This document shows, one piece after another, positions 1 to 8,468 of a stretch of 64,000 nucleotides of DNA. The notes beneath the pieces were generated by a model that was given only the letters and a program-made list of their open reading frames with translations, was not told where the DNA came from and ran no database searches. Source of the stretch: Candidatus Marinacidobacterales bacterium (GTDB lineage: Bacteria > Acidobacteriota > Vicinamibacteria > Marinacidobacterales > DATDRI01). Where the stretch lies: positions 3,040,001-3,104,000 of the forward strand of contig OZ245365.1 of assembly GCA_965226495.1 (NCBI GenBank), given 5' to 3'. Position 1 is the stretch's first letter. Each line of letters begins with the position of its first letter. Both the position numbers and the translations under genes were made by a program.

Positions 1-305
1 GGGACCGCAACCCACTCCGCGTAGGTCCCACCGCGCGGAGAATAAACACCGACCCGATCTCCCACCCTGAACCGTGTGGTTCCCTCTCCGATTTCTTCCA
101 CCACCCCACTACCTTCGCAGCCTGGAATGAGCGGCGGTGGCGTCATCCCGGGATGGCTGGCGGTTCGACACAAGATGTCGGCAAAGTTCACGCCGCTCGC
201 GTGAACACGCACCAGCACTTCGCCAGACGCCGGTATGGGTTTCGGGGCATCGACGAGGACCAGCGCTTCCGGTCCACCGGCCTCCTCGACGCGAATCGCC
301 TTCAA
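1..305 (-). CDS. NADPH:quinone oxidoreductase / zinc-independent MDR family protein (5' part; runs off the window start)
   Basis: Not in ORF track. Manual translation from TTG at 305: MKAIRVEEAGGPEALVLVDAPKPIPASGEVLVRVHASGVNFADILCR...PLIPGCEGSGVVEEIGEGTTRFRVGDRV, a typical Qor N-terminal GroES-like domain. Confidence 0.85.
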   Translation of the reverse strand, partial: MKAIRVEEAGGPEALVLVDAPKPIPASGEVLVRVHASGVNFADILCRTASHPGMTPPPLIPGCEGSGVVEEIGEGTTRFRVGDRVGVYSPRGGTYAEWVAV

Positions 306-331
306 TGCAGGTATCCCAAGGTCTCCCTCGA

Positions 332-2044
332 TCAGTTGCGCAGGCGGTTGGTCGCATCCTCGTCTACCTTGTCGTCGACGAGTTCGACCTTATATGTATC
401 GCGCGCCGCCTCGCGGCTAACGTAGCCGTCGAGAACATCCTCGAGGACGCTCGAGGGCTCTCGCTCCGCCGGATCGCCATATCCCCCGCCACCCGAAGTG
501 AGGTTGCGGCAGCGGTCTCCGGCTTCGATTTGGACCCGCCGTGTCCCCACCCGTTTCTCGCGCTCCGTCTCGGGGAAGAGAATCATTCCGTTGGACGGCG
601 GTTCCAACCCTCCCGCCAGCGCCCAAGGCAGCGTCTTGGTTTTCTTCCGAACCGAAAGAAACTCGCCCGGGGAGATGAAACGGATGTCCCTCCTGAGGCC
701 TAGCCCCCCGCGCGACCGACCGGCACCACCGGAGTCGGTCCGCAACTCCAACCTCTCGAGAAACATTCCGGTCTTCAGCTCCAACACCTCGATCGGTGTA
801 TTGCGAACCATGCCTTGATTGGGATGGTTCACCGCGTTGCCGCCATCGTGGGTCGTCGTCGCGCCCCATCCCACCGGATCGTTGTTGCTGACCGCGAAGA
901 AGCGGCGAGTTTCTGGGTGTGTTCCTACCATCATGAAGCCGGGCACATCACCGCCGGACGATGCCTGAAGCCGTTCGGGCATCCCTTGGGTCAGCGCCTT
1001 GAAGATGAGCTCGAGCTGCGCGTTAGACGTCCACAGTGTGAACGTAGCGGACGGATAAGTCGCATGGAAAAGCGTTCCTGGCGGGGCAACTACCTCTAGA
1101 GGGCGAAAGTTGCCGGCGTTGGTCGGCGAACCGGGAGTCGTGAGCGCCTTGAAAACAACACGGGTCGTGCCCAAGGTGCGACCGTACGGTAAATTGACCG
1201 GGCCCGGTACCGCCGGAGACGAGCCAGTGAAGTCGACGAGAAAACGATCGTCGTCGATGGTAACAGTTACCTTCATCGGAATCGTATCGTCGGAGACGCC
1301 GTCGTCGTCCAGCAAATCCTCCGCGGTCCAGGTGCCATTGGGCAAAGATCGCAGGGCTTTACGCGCAAGCTGCTCCCCGTGCTCCAGGAGCCGGACCACC
1401 GCCGCATCATAGCCTTCGGGCCCGAACTTGCGCCGTATGTCGACCAGCCTTCTCTCTCCAACACGAGTAGACGCTACTTGAGCGTTCAGGTCTCCGAGCA
1501 CCGAATCCGGCATGCGCGAATTGAATCGGATGATGTCAATGATCTCCGGGTCCGGTTTTCCCTTTTTGTAGACCTTGGTACCGGGAAAAATCAGGCCTTC
1601 CTGATGCATGTCGGTGGAGTCGAGAACGTAGCCGGCATCCTTGGCCCCCAAATCCATCCAGTGCGCCCTGATGCACGTGTAGGCGAAGGGTCGGTCTTCT
1701 CCCGAGGCGAAGACCGGTGCGAAGAGTGTGACGTCGAGGGTATGCGCGGAGCTCCAATACGGATAGTTCAGCAGAACAATATCGCCGGGATCGAGGTTCT
1801 CCTCACCCACGTAGTCGACGCCTTTGCGGATGGCATAGTCGTTCGAACCAAGGAACGACAAGAGGCCCGGGGCCTCCGCCACCAGCTCGAGCTCACGACT
1901 GTAGATCGAGATGCCGAAGTCCAGGATTTCGTAGACGACAGGATTGAAGGCGGTGCGTATCAGCGTACGCCGCATCTCCCCAGCGGCAGAGAATAGGTAG
2001 CTCCGGATGACCTCGACCGTAGCCCCATCTAACTGTTTCGTCAT
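332..2044 (-). CDS. Hydantoinase B/oxoprolinase family protein (copy B2)
   Basis: 570 aa; LDF, NYPYW..AHTLD, AHWMDLG metal ligands; QEGLIFP; TDSGGAGRSRGG; GGGGYGDP. Confidence 0.93.
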   Translation of the reverse strand: MTKQLDGATVEVIRSYLFSAAGEMRRTLIRTAFNPVVYEILDFGISIYSRELELVAEAPGLLSFLGSNDYAIRKGVDYVGEENLDPGDIVLLNYPYWSSAHTLDVTLFAPVFASGEDRPFAYTCIRAHWMDLGAKDAGYVLDSTDMHQEGLIFPGTKVYKKGKPDPEIIDIIRFNSRMPDSVLGDLNAQVASTRVGERRLVDIRRKFGPEGYDAAVVRLLEHGEQLARKALRSLPNGTWTAEDLLDDDGVSDDTIPMKVTVTIDDDRFLVDFTGSSPAVPGPVNLPYGRTLGTTRVVFKALTTPGSPTNAGNFRPLEVVAPPGTLFHATYPSATFTLWTSNAQLELIFKALTQGMPERLQASSGGDVPGFMMVGTHPETRRFFAVSNNDPVGWGATTTHDGGNAVNHPNQGMVRNTPIEVLELKTGMFLERLELRTDSGGAGRSRGGLGLRRDIRFISPGEFLSVRKKTKTLPWALAGGLEPPSNGMILFPETEREKRVGTRRVQIEAGDRCRNLTSGGGGYGDPAEREPSSVLEDVLDGYVSREAARDTYKVELVDDKVDEDATNRLRN

Positions 2045-2180
2045 AGTGACTCAGTGCTCGCTCAATGAGTTGATCAGTGCGGCGGGGCCCCACCCCCACC
2101 GCCGTCCCTTCGCCGGCAAAGCGGCTTCGGGACAGCTGATGGCTCCTCGCGCAGGGTGCCGTGAGTTCGTCAGCACCCTG

Positions 2181-3908
2181 CTACTTCCCACTCCTCAGCT
2201 TGCGGGTACCCACTTCGTCCACTGCGTCGCCGTCGAGAGCAACTTTGTACGCTTCCCGGGCCGCTTCGCGAGACACGTACCCGTCGAGAACGTCCTCGAG
2301 AACTCGAGCCGGCTCGCGGCCAGCCGGATCGCCGTATCCCCCTCCGCCGGCCGTGAGATTGCGACAGGTGTCTCCCGCCACCACAGCGGCTCGGTAGGTC
2401 CCCACCTTCTTCTCCCGCTCTGTCTCCGGGCTGAGAACAAAGCCGTTCCGCATCGGTTCCTTACCGCCGGCGAGGGGCCAGGCGCTGGTCTTCGTCTTCT
2501 TCATCACCGAAAGGATCTCGCCGTCCGAGATGAACCGTATGTCGCGCCGAATGCCCGACCCGCCCCTAAACTTTCCTGGGCCTCCGCTATCGGTACGGAG
2601 CTCCAACCGCTCGAAGAACATTCCGGTCTTGACCTCCAAGACTTCCATAGGTGTATTGCGGACTAGACTTTCCGACAAATGGCTGTTGGCGTTGGCGCCA
2701 TCATGGTCGGGCGTTCCACCCCAGCCGACCGGATCGTTATTGCTCACGGCGAAGAAACGTTTCGTGTCCGGGTGAATCCCGACCATCATGAACCCGGGTA
2801 CGTCGCTTCCCGAGGAAGCCGCCATGCGCTCCGGCATACCTTTGGCGAGGGCCTTATAGATGAGCTCGAGCCCGACGATACCTGTCCACAACGTGAACGT
2901 CGCAGCCGGATAGACGGCGTGAAAGAGGCTTCCGGGTGGAGCGATGACCTCCAGAGGTGCGAAGTTGCCAGCATTGGTCGGGGAATAGGGAGTGGTCAAG
3001 GACTTGAGTACGACCTTGGCCATCGTCTCCGTTAAACCGAACGGAACATTGACCGGCCCCGGAACCCCCGGAGAAGAACCCGTGAAATCGACAAGGAACC
3101 GATCGTCATCGATCGTCACCGTGACCTTCATGGGGATCATGTCGTCGGACACGCCGTCGTCATCTAGCAGGTCTTCCGCAGTCCAGGAACCGTTGGGGAG
3201 CTCCCGGAGCGCCTTACGTGCCAGTTGTTCACCGTGCTCGAGGATACGCTCCACGGCGGCATCGAGGGTCTCGCGACCGAATTTCTGTAGAATCTCTATC
3301 AACCTCTTGTGGCCGGTGCGCGTCGCCGCGACCTGCGCATCGAGATCGCCGAATACCGACTCGGGCATGCGCGAGTTGAATCGGATGATCTCCATGATCT
3401 CTTTGTCCGGTTTGCCTTTTTTGTAAACCTTCGTACCCGGAAAAATTAGGCCCTCTTGGTGCATATCGGTCGAGTCGAGCACGTATCCCGGATCCTTGGC
3501 ACCGAGATCCATCCAGTGCGCGCGGATGCACGTATAGGCGAACGGCTTGTCCGAATGCGGCGCAAAGACCGGAGAAAATAGGGTGACGTCTAAAGTATGT
3601 GCGGCGCTCCAGTAGGGATAATTGAGAAGAACGATATCTCCGGGCTCGAGGTTCTCTTCGCCGACATGCTCCACCCCGTTGCGTATCGCATGGTCGTTGG
3701 CACCTAGAAAAAAAGTCAGGCTGGGAGCCTCGGCAACCAGCTGGAGGTCCCGGCTGTAAATCGAGATACCAAAGTCGAGAACCTCGTAGATGACCGGATT
3801 GAATGCCGTGCGGATGAGGGTTCTCCGCATCTCCCCGGCAGCCGAGAACAGATAGCTCCGAACGACTTCGACGGTGGCCCCGTCCAATTCCTCCGTCTGT
3901 CCCCTCAT
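2181..3908 (-). CDS. Hydantoinase B/oxoprolinase family protein (copy B1)
   Basis: 575 aa; same motifs; closely similar to 332-2044; ATGA overlap with the upstream A subunit. Confidence 0.93.
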   Translation of the reverse strand: MRGQTEELDGATVEVVRSYLFSAAGEMRRTLIRTAFNPVIYEVLDFGISIYSRDLQLVAEAPSLTFFLGANDHAIRNGVEHVGEENLEPGDIVLLNYPYWSAAHTLDVTLFSPVFAPHSDKPFAYTCIRAHWMDLGAKDPGYVLDSTDMHQEGLIFPGTKVYKKGKPDKEIMEIIRFNSRMPESVFGDLDAQVAATRTGHKRLIEILQKFGRETLDAAVERILEHGEQLARKALRELPNGSWTAEDLLDDDGVSDDMIPMKVTVTIDDDRFLVDFTGSSPGVPGPVNVPFGLTETMAKVVLKSLTTPYSPTNAGNFAPLEVIAPPGSLFHAVYPAATFTLWTGIVGLELIYKALAKGMPERMAASSGSDVPGFMMVGIHPDTKRFFAVSNNDPVGWGGTPDHDGANANSHLSESLVRNTPMEVLEVKTGMFFERLELRTDSGGPGKFRGGSGIRRDIRFISDGEILSVMKKTKTSAWPLAGGKEPMRNGFVLSPETEREKKVGTYRAAVVAGDTCRNLTAGGGGYGDPAGREPARVLEDVLDGYVSREAAREAYKVALDGDAVDEVGTRKLRSGK

Positions 3909-5947
3909 TTGGCCTCCGTCTGGATCACGAGTTGTCCGTAGGGATCCACGCGCACCGCTTGCTTCGAGTGAACGACGGTGGTCGATGTCCCCTCATCGAC
4001 GATGGCCGGGCCCTTGAACTCGTCCCCAGGCTGCAACGATTTCCGGCGATACACCTCGAAGGGGACGACCTTGCGAAGATCGAAGCAGTAAGCGTCTCTC
4101 GCTCCGAGAATGGCTCCGCCGAACGTGACTTCTTCTTTCGGAAGCTTGGCCATCTCGGGCTTGTCCATCAGGCCGCGGCCGCGGACTCGCAAGTTCACGG
4201 TTTGCATCAAATCCGACGTCGTATGTCCGTAGCGTGTCTTGTGCAAGGCTTCGAAGCGCTTGCGGAGCTCCTCGAACGGTAGCCCTGGCTCGACCGCGAC
4301 GTCCAAAGCGTGCTCTTGTCCCAGGTAACGGAGCTCCAGCACCCGATCGATTTCGATCTCGTTGTCGGACATACCTTGCTTCCGAAGCGCGTTGATCGCT
4401 TGTTTCTCGAGCTCCAGAAACCCGTTCTCCAACTTCTCGGGATCGTAATCTTCGAGCACTTGCACATCGGTGCGCGAGAAGTCGGCCGCGAGATCCGACA
4501 TCAACATTCCCCAAGCCGAAAAGGCCGCGGGTGCGAGAGGGACAATAGTCTGAGGTATGGCCATTTCCCGTGCCAGGAGAGGCGCGAACATCGGTCCCGC
4601 GCCCCCAAAAGCCAAGAGCGTGAACTCTGTCGGATCGTAGCCACGTTCTACGGAGATCTCGCGGATGGCACCGACAGTGTTCGCCATGACAACGTCGAAG
4701 ATCCCGGCCGCCGCTTCGAGGATATCGATCCCCAGAGGCTTGGCGATGACTCGCTCGATGCCCTGGCGACTCGCGTCCGCGTCGAGCTCCATGCGCCCCT
4801 TCAGAAATTTGTTCGGATCGATGTATCCGAGGGCCAGCGCCGCATCGGTCGTGGTCGGCTCGGTGCCTCCTTTGCCGTATGCGATTGGACCCGGCACCGC
4901 CCCCGCACTTTGCGGTCCCACTTTGAGCAGCCCTTCCTCGAGCCAGGCGATGGAGCCGCCACCGGCTCCGATGCTGCGGATGTCGTAGATCGGAATGAGG
5001 GCTGGGAGATGCTCGAGGTCGGCCTCGTGCATTAGAACCGGTTCCCCATCCTCGATGAGGCAAGCGTCCAGGCTGGTTCCGCCGAAGTCGACGGAGATGA
5101 GACGATTGTTGTCGAGCGTGCGCGCGACATGCGCGGCGCCGACGATGCCTCCTGCCGGTCCCGACATAACGGTGAAGATCGGGCTCCGACGAGCCACCTC
5201 CGCGGTCATAGCTCCGCCGCTCGAGCGCGTGATGAGGAATCTTCCTTCGAAGCCTCTCGCTCCCAACTCTTCTTCCAGCCGATCGACGTACTCCTCATAG
5301 ATGGGACGAATGTAAGCATCGAGGACCGTCGTGCTCGTGCGCTCGTACTCACGATACTCGCGCGTGATATCGGTGGAGATCGAAACCGCAACCTCCGGAA
5401 AGTTTTCCTTCAACAGGCGCGCCGCGCGCTGCTCATGCTCCGGGTTCTTGTAGGAGTGCAAGAAAACAACTGCTAGCGAGCGGAGCTCGTGATCTTCGAT
5501 CAAGGTTCGCGCCGCTTCCAGGAGTGCCTTTTCGTCGAGCTCTTCGACGACCTCGCCCTTGACGTTGATGCGCCCGGGGACTCCCGCAGTGTGCCGCCGT
5601 CTCACCAGGGGTACCGGCTTTTCGTACCGGAAGTTGTACATGTGTTCCGCCGGGACGTTGGCGCGACCGATCTCGAAGATGTCTCGAAAGCCTTCGTTGG
5701 TAATGATGCCGGTAAGAGAGCCCTTCCTTTGGAGAATGGCATTGAGACCGAGGGTGGTGCCGTGAATGAAAAGGCTCGCTTGTTTTAGGTCGGTCCCAAG
5801 CTTCTCGAGGGCCTCGAGCACTCCCTTCCAAGGCTCTTGGGGAGTCGTCTGCGATTTCTCGAGGCGGACCGACTGGTTCGACACATCGAACTCGATGGCG
5901 TCGACGAACGTACCCCCGATGTCGACCGCGAGTCGGTATGGCTTCAT
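3905..5947 (-). CDS. Hydantoinase A/oxoprolinase family protein (ATP-binding subunit)
   Basis: Start reassigned to MKPYRLAVDIGGTFVD (ATG 5947, ATGA overlap with the upstream stop); HGTT, REYER.STT, SGPAGG, DFGGTS, IGAGGGSI, PQSAGAVPGP. Confidence 0.93.
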   Translation of the reverse strand: MKPYRLAVDIGGTFVDAIEFDVSNQSVRLEKSQTTPQEPWKGVLEALEKLGTDLKQASLFIHGTTLGLNAILQRKGSLTGIITNEGFRDIFEIGRANVPAEHMYNFRYEKPVPLVRRRHTAGVPGRINVKGEVVEELDEKALLEAARTLIEDHELRSLAVVFLHSYKNPEHEQRAARLLKENFPEVAVSISTDITREYREYERTSTTVLDAYIRPIYEEYVDRLEEELGARGFEGRFLITRSSGGAMTAEVARRSPIFTVMSGPAGGIVGAAHVARTLDNNRLISVDFGGTSLDACLIEDGEPVLMHEADLEHLPALIPIYDIRSIGAGGGSIAWLEEGLLKVGPQSAGAVPGPIAYGKGGTEPTTTDAALALGYIDPNKFLKGRMELDADASRQGIERVIAKPLGIDILEAAAGIFDVVMANTVGAIREISVERGYDPTEFTLLAFGGAGPMFAPLLAREMAIPQTIVPLAPAAFSAWGMLMSDLAADFSRTDVQVLEDYDPEKLENGFLELEKQAINALRKQGMSDNEIEIDRVLELRYLGQEHALDVAVEPGLPFEELRKRFEALHKTRYGHTTSDLMQTVNLRVRGRGLMDKPEMAKLPKEEVTFGGAILGARDAYCFDLRKVVPFEVYRRKSLQPGDEFKGPAIVDEGTSTTVVHSKQAVRVDPYGQLVIQTEAK

Positions 5948-7119
5948 GATGGATCCTTTCGAACGATGCGGCCCGCCTGCATGACGAAGAAGATCCCTTC
6001 GAGCGCTCTGATGTCTTTGAGCGGGTCCTCCCGGACCGCAATGAGATCCGCACAGTAGCCTGGTTGGACAAGCCCGACGTCGCCGTCTATACCCATGAGC
6101 TCGGCAGGGCGTATGGATGAGGAACGAATCGCCTCGAGTGGCGACAGGCCCGCGTCGACCATATAGGACATCTCGCGTACGGTGGCGTTGACTCCGTCCG
6201 AAACTTCGCCGGGTGGTATGTCGGTACCGTTGACGATCTGGACTCCAGCTCGCACTGCGGTGCGGATGCTGTCCAAGTGCATGCCACCGGCCCCGGTAGC
6301 CTTCTCGATGGTCCAGCCCGCGAACCCGTGATCCTTCATCCATCCCGGCGACCGCGTCACCGACAGCGTCGGTACGACATATCCCGCGGCGTCTTTGATG
6401 GCCTGGCAGGCTTCCCTATCGAGCTGATATCCGTGCTCGAAGCAGCGGACTCCGGCCTTCGCGGCCTTGATGATCTGCCCCGCCCCGCCCGAGTGCGCGC
6501 AGACGTAGGTGTCCCGGGATCGCGCCACCGAAACGACGGCCTCCATCTCCTCGACACTCATCTGGGGCTCGGAGAAGGTCTCCTTCTCCTGCGCGATGCC
6601 GCCGGTGATGAAGATCTTGATGTGGTCGGCGCCTGCGGTGAGCTCCTCGCGACCGGCCTTGCGAAAGGAGTCCGGACCGTCGGCGATCAGCGCCCCGAAG
6701 CCGCTCCCGTGCCCTCCCGTCACCGAAATGCTCTTGCCGCCGGAGACGATGCGAGGCCCGGTGGCCCAACCCTTCTGAATCATCGTCCGCAAGGACAGAT
6801 CGGCGCGATGCATTTCTCCCACCGTTCGGAGGGTGGTGATCCCCGCCTGGAGTGCGTCATTCGCCCTCTTCTGACACCGCAAAGCCGTGATCGCCGGGCT
6901 CTCGTTCTCGTCCGTTTCATGAAACGGAAAGACGATGGATAGATGGGTATGACAAGTGATGATGCCGGGAAGCAAGTAAGCGCCTTCGAGATCAATAGCG
7001 TCGTTGTCACCTGCCGCGGTATCTATGGAAGCTATCTTGCCGTCACCGATGGTCAGCGATCCCTCCTTGAAGGAACCCTCCCCGACATCCAGGATTCTTG
7101 CGTTGGTCAGTACGGTCAT
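5944..7119 (-). CDS. Metal-dependent amidohydrolase (prolidase-like subfamily), cytoplasmic
   Basis: 391 aa; PGIITCHTH, TGGHG, carboxylated-Lys IKIF, AH, EHG, NGTD, G..ADL. Confidence 0.9.
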   Translation of the reverse strand: MTVLTNARILDVGEGSFKEGSLTIGDGKIASIDTAAGDNDAIDLEGAYLLPGIITCHTHLSIVFPFHETDENESPAITALRCQKRANDALQAGITTLRTVGEMHRADLSLRTMIQKGWATGPRIVSGGKSISVTGGHGSGFGALIADGPDSFRKAGREELTAGADHIKIFITGGIAQEKETFSEPQMSVEEMEAVVSVARSRDTYVCAHSGGAGQIIKAAKAGVRCFEHGYQLDREACQAIKDAAGYVVPTLSVTRSPGWMKDHGFAGWTIEKATGAGGMHLDSIRTAVRAGVQIVNGTDIPPGEVSDGVNATVREMSYMVDAGLSPLEAIRSSSIRPAELMGIDGDVGLVQPGYCADLIAVREDPLKDIRALEGIFFVMQAGRIVRKDPS

Positions 7120-8414
7120 GTTGAAGCCTCCTCACGAAACTGGAGCGGATAAAGCACTCTCATCCCTCCGCTGTAAACCACCATGGTGACAATGAGGGAC
7201 ACGATGGGTTGAATCATCTCCGGCGGCGCGAGGCGGCCGGCGACCACGCCCACCGCGATCGCGATGAGCGCCGCCAGGTTCACGCCCCGCGTGTAATGAT
7301 AGCCTCCGTCTTTCTTGTAGAGATCTCCGAGGCGCGGTCGCCGCGCCCTCACCAAGAAGTAGTCCGCGAGCAGGACGCCTACCAGGGGGGCAAAGATGAT
7401 CCCCAACGTGACAAGAAACTGCGCTAGGTAACGGGTTATACCAAAGCACCCGAGCGTGGTGCCGAGGATACCCAGGACTAGGGTGTGAAACGCACGGGAG
7501 CGGCCGGGGAAGACATTAGTAAGTGCCAGCCCCCCCGAGTACAGGTTCTTGTCGTTCGTGGTCCACGTGGCGAAGATGATGAGAAGGAGCGCCGGGATCC
7601 CCAGGCCGAGCTGTTGAACGCCCAACACCGGATTCCACTCTCCGCTCACAAGGCGAGAGAGTGCGCCGAGACCAATCATCAAAGCCGAGACCGGAACGAT
7701 CCCGGTCCAAATGCCAAGCCATAACGATCGATGATCCCTCGAGTAACGAGAAAGATCGGAAGACGTAAAAGCCGCGGTGAATTGGCCTGATACCATGATG
7801 TTCATTCCCGCCATGAAAGTCAGGCTGCCATCACCCGGCCGACTGACGACCTCCCAGAAAGGATGCTCGGAGGCAATCTTCCAGAACAAGACGCCCGAGA
7901 AGACGACGAGGACTGGCACTGCCAGGTTTGCCAGCTTTTGAATCCAACCGAATCCCATCACTGCGATGACCACGTTGAGCGCTCCCATCACGCATATCAT
8001 GAGAATCGGTGAAGAGAAGCCGCTCATCCTTTCCAAAACACCGTCGGCAGCAAGCCCGGCCAGCTCTGCCTGGAATGCAAACCAACCGACTCCGGAAACC
8101 GTGATCGCCAGGGATGCGATCCACGTCCCCGACGGAAACCCCAATGATGAGCGTGTCAGCACCGACACAGGGAGACCGTGATCCGCTCCCGGGTAACCGG
8201 TCAAACTAATGATCGCCGCGGCGACGGTATTGCCGATGAGACCCACCAGGATCGCCTGCTTGAAGGAAAGCCCGGGAAGAAAAATGCCCCCCATCATCAT
8301 CATGGGCAAGCAAACGTTGATTCCCGCATACATAGCGAAAAGCGAGAACCAACCGCGAGTACGGGAGGCAGCGGGGACGGCGTCAACGCCGAAAGATTCG
8401 GCTTTCAGGGACAA
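7116..8414 (-). CDS. NCS1 / cytosine-permease family transporter
   Basis: 432 aa, about 12 hydrophobic segments; GWFAFQ, SDLSRY, WTTNDKNLYSG, APLVGVLLADYF; TTG start. Confidence 0.9.
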   Translation of the reverse strand: MSLKAESFGVDAVPAASRTRGWFSLFAMYAGINVCLPMMMMGGIFLPGLSFKQAILVGLIGNTVAAAIISLTGYPGADHGLPVSVLTRSSLGFPSGTWIASLAITVSGVGWFAFQAELAGLAADGVLERMSGFSSPILMICVMGALNVVIAVMGFGWIQKLANLAVPVLVVFSGVLFWKIASEHPFWEVVSRPGDGSLTFMAGMNIMVSGQFTAAFTSSDLSRYSRDHRSLWLGIWTGIVPVSALMIGLGALSRLVSGEWNPVLGVQQLGLGIPALLLIIFATWTTNDKNLYSGGLALTNVFPGRSRAFHTLVLGILGTTLGCFGITRYLAQFLVTLGIIFAPLVGVLLADYFLVRARRPRLGDLYKKDGGYHYTRGVNLAALIAIAVGVVAGRLAPPEMIQPIVSLIVTMVVYSGGMRVLYPLQFREEAST

Positions 8415-8430
8415 TACACCGGCCTATTAA

Positions 8431-8468
8431 GAGAGAAAAGGGCCGGCTGCGGTTTCCCGCAGCCGGCC
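8431..8468 (-). terminator. Intrinsic terminator-like hairpin after TonB receptor 1
   Basis: 12-bp stem GGCCGGCTGCGG/CCGCAGCCGGCC with a GAAA loop on the minus strand, followed by CTTTTCTCTC. Confidence 0.7.

Noticed and set aside
5948-6343. 132-aa N-terminal extension of the 812-aa hydantoinase A ORF
   Set aside because: It overlaps the amidohydrolase in another frame; the family N-terminus and ATGA coupling place the start at 5947
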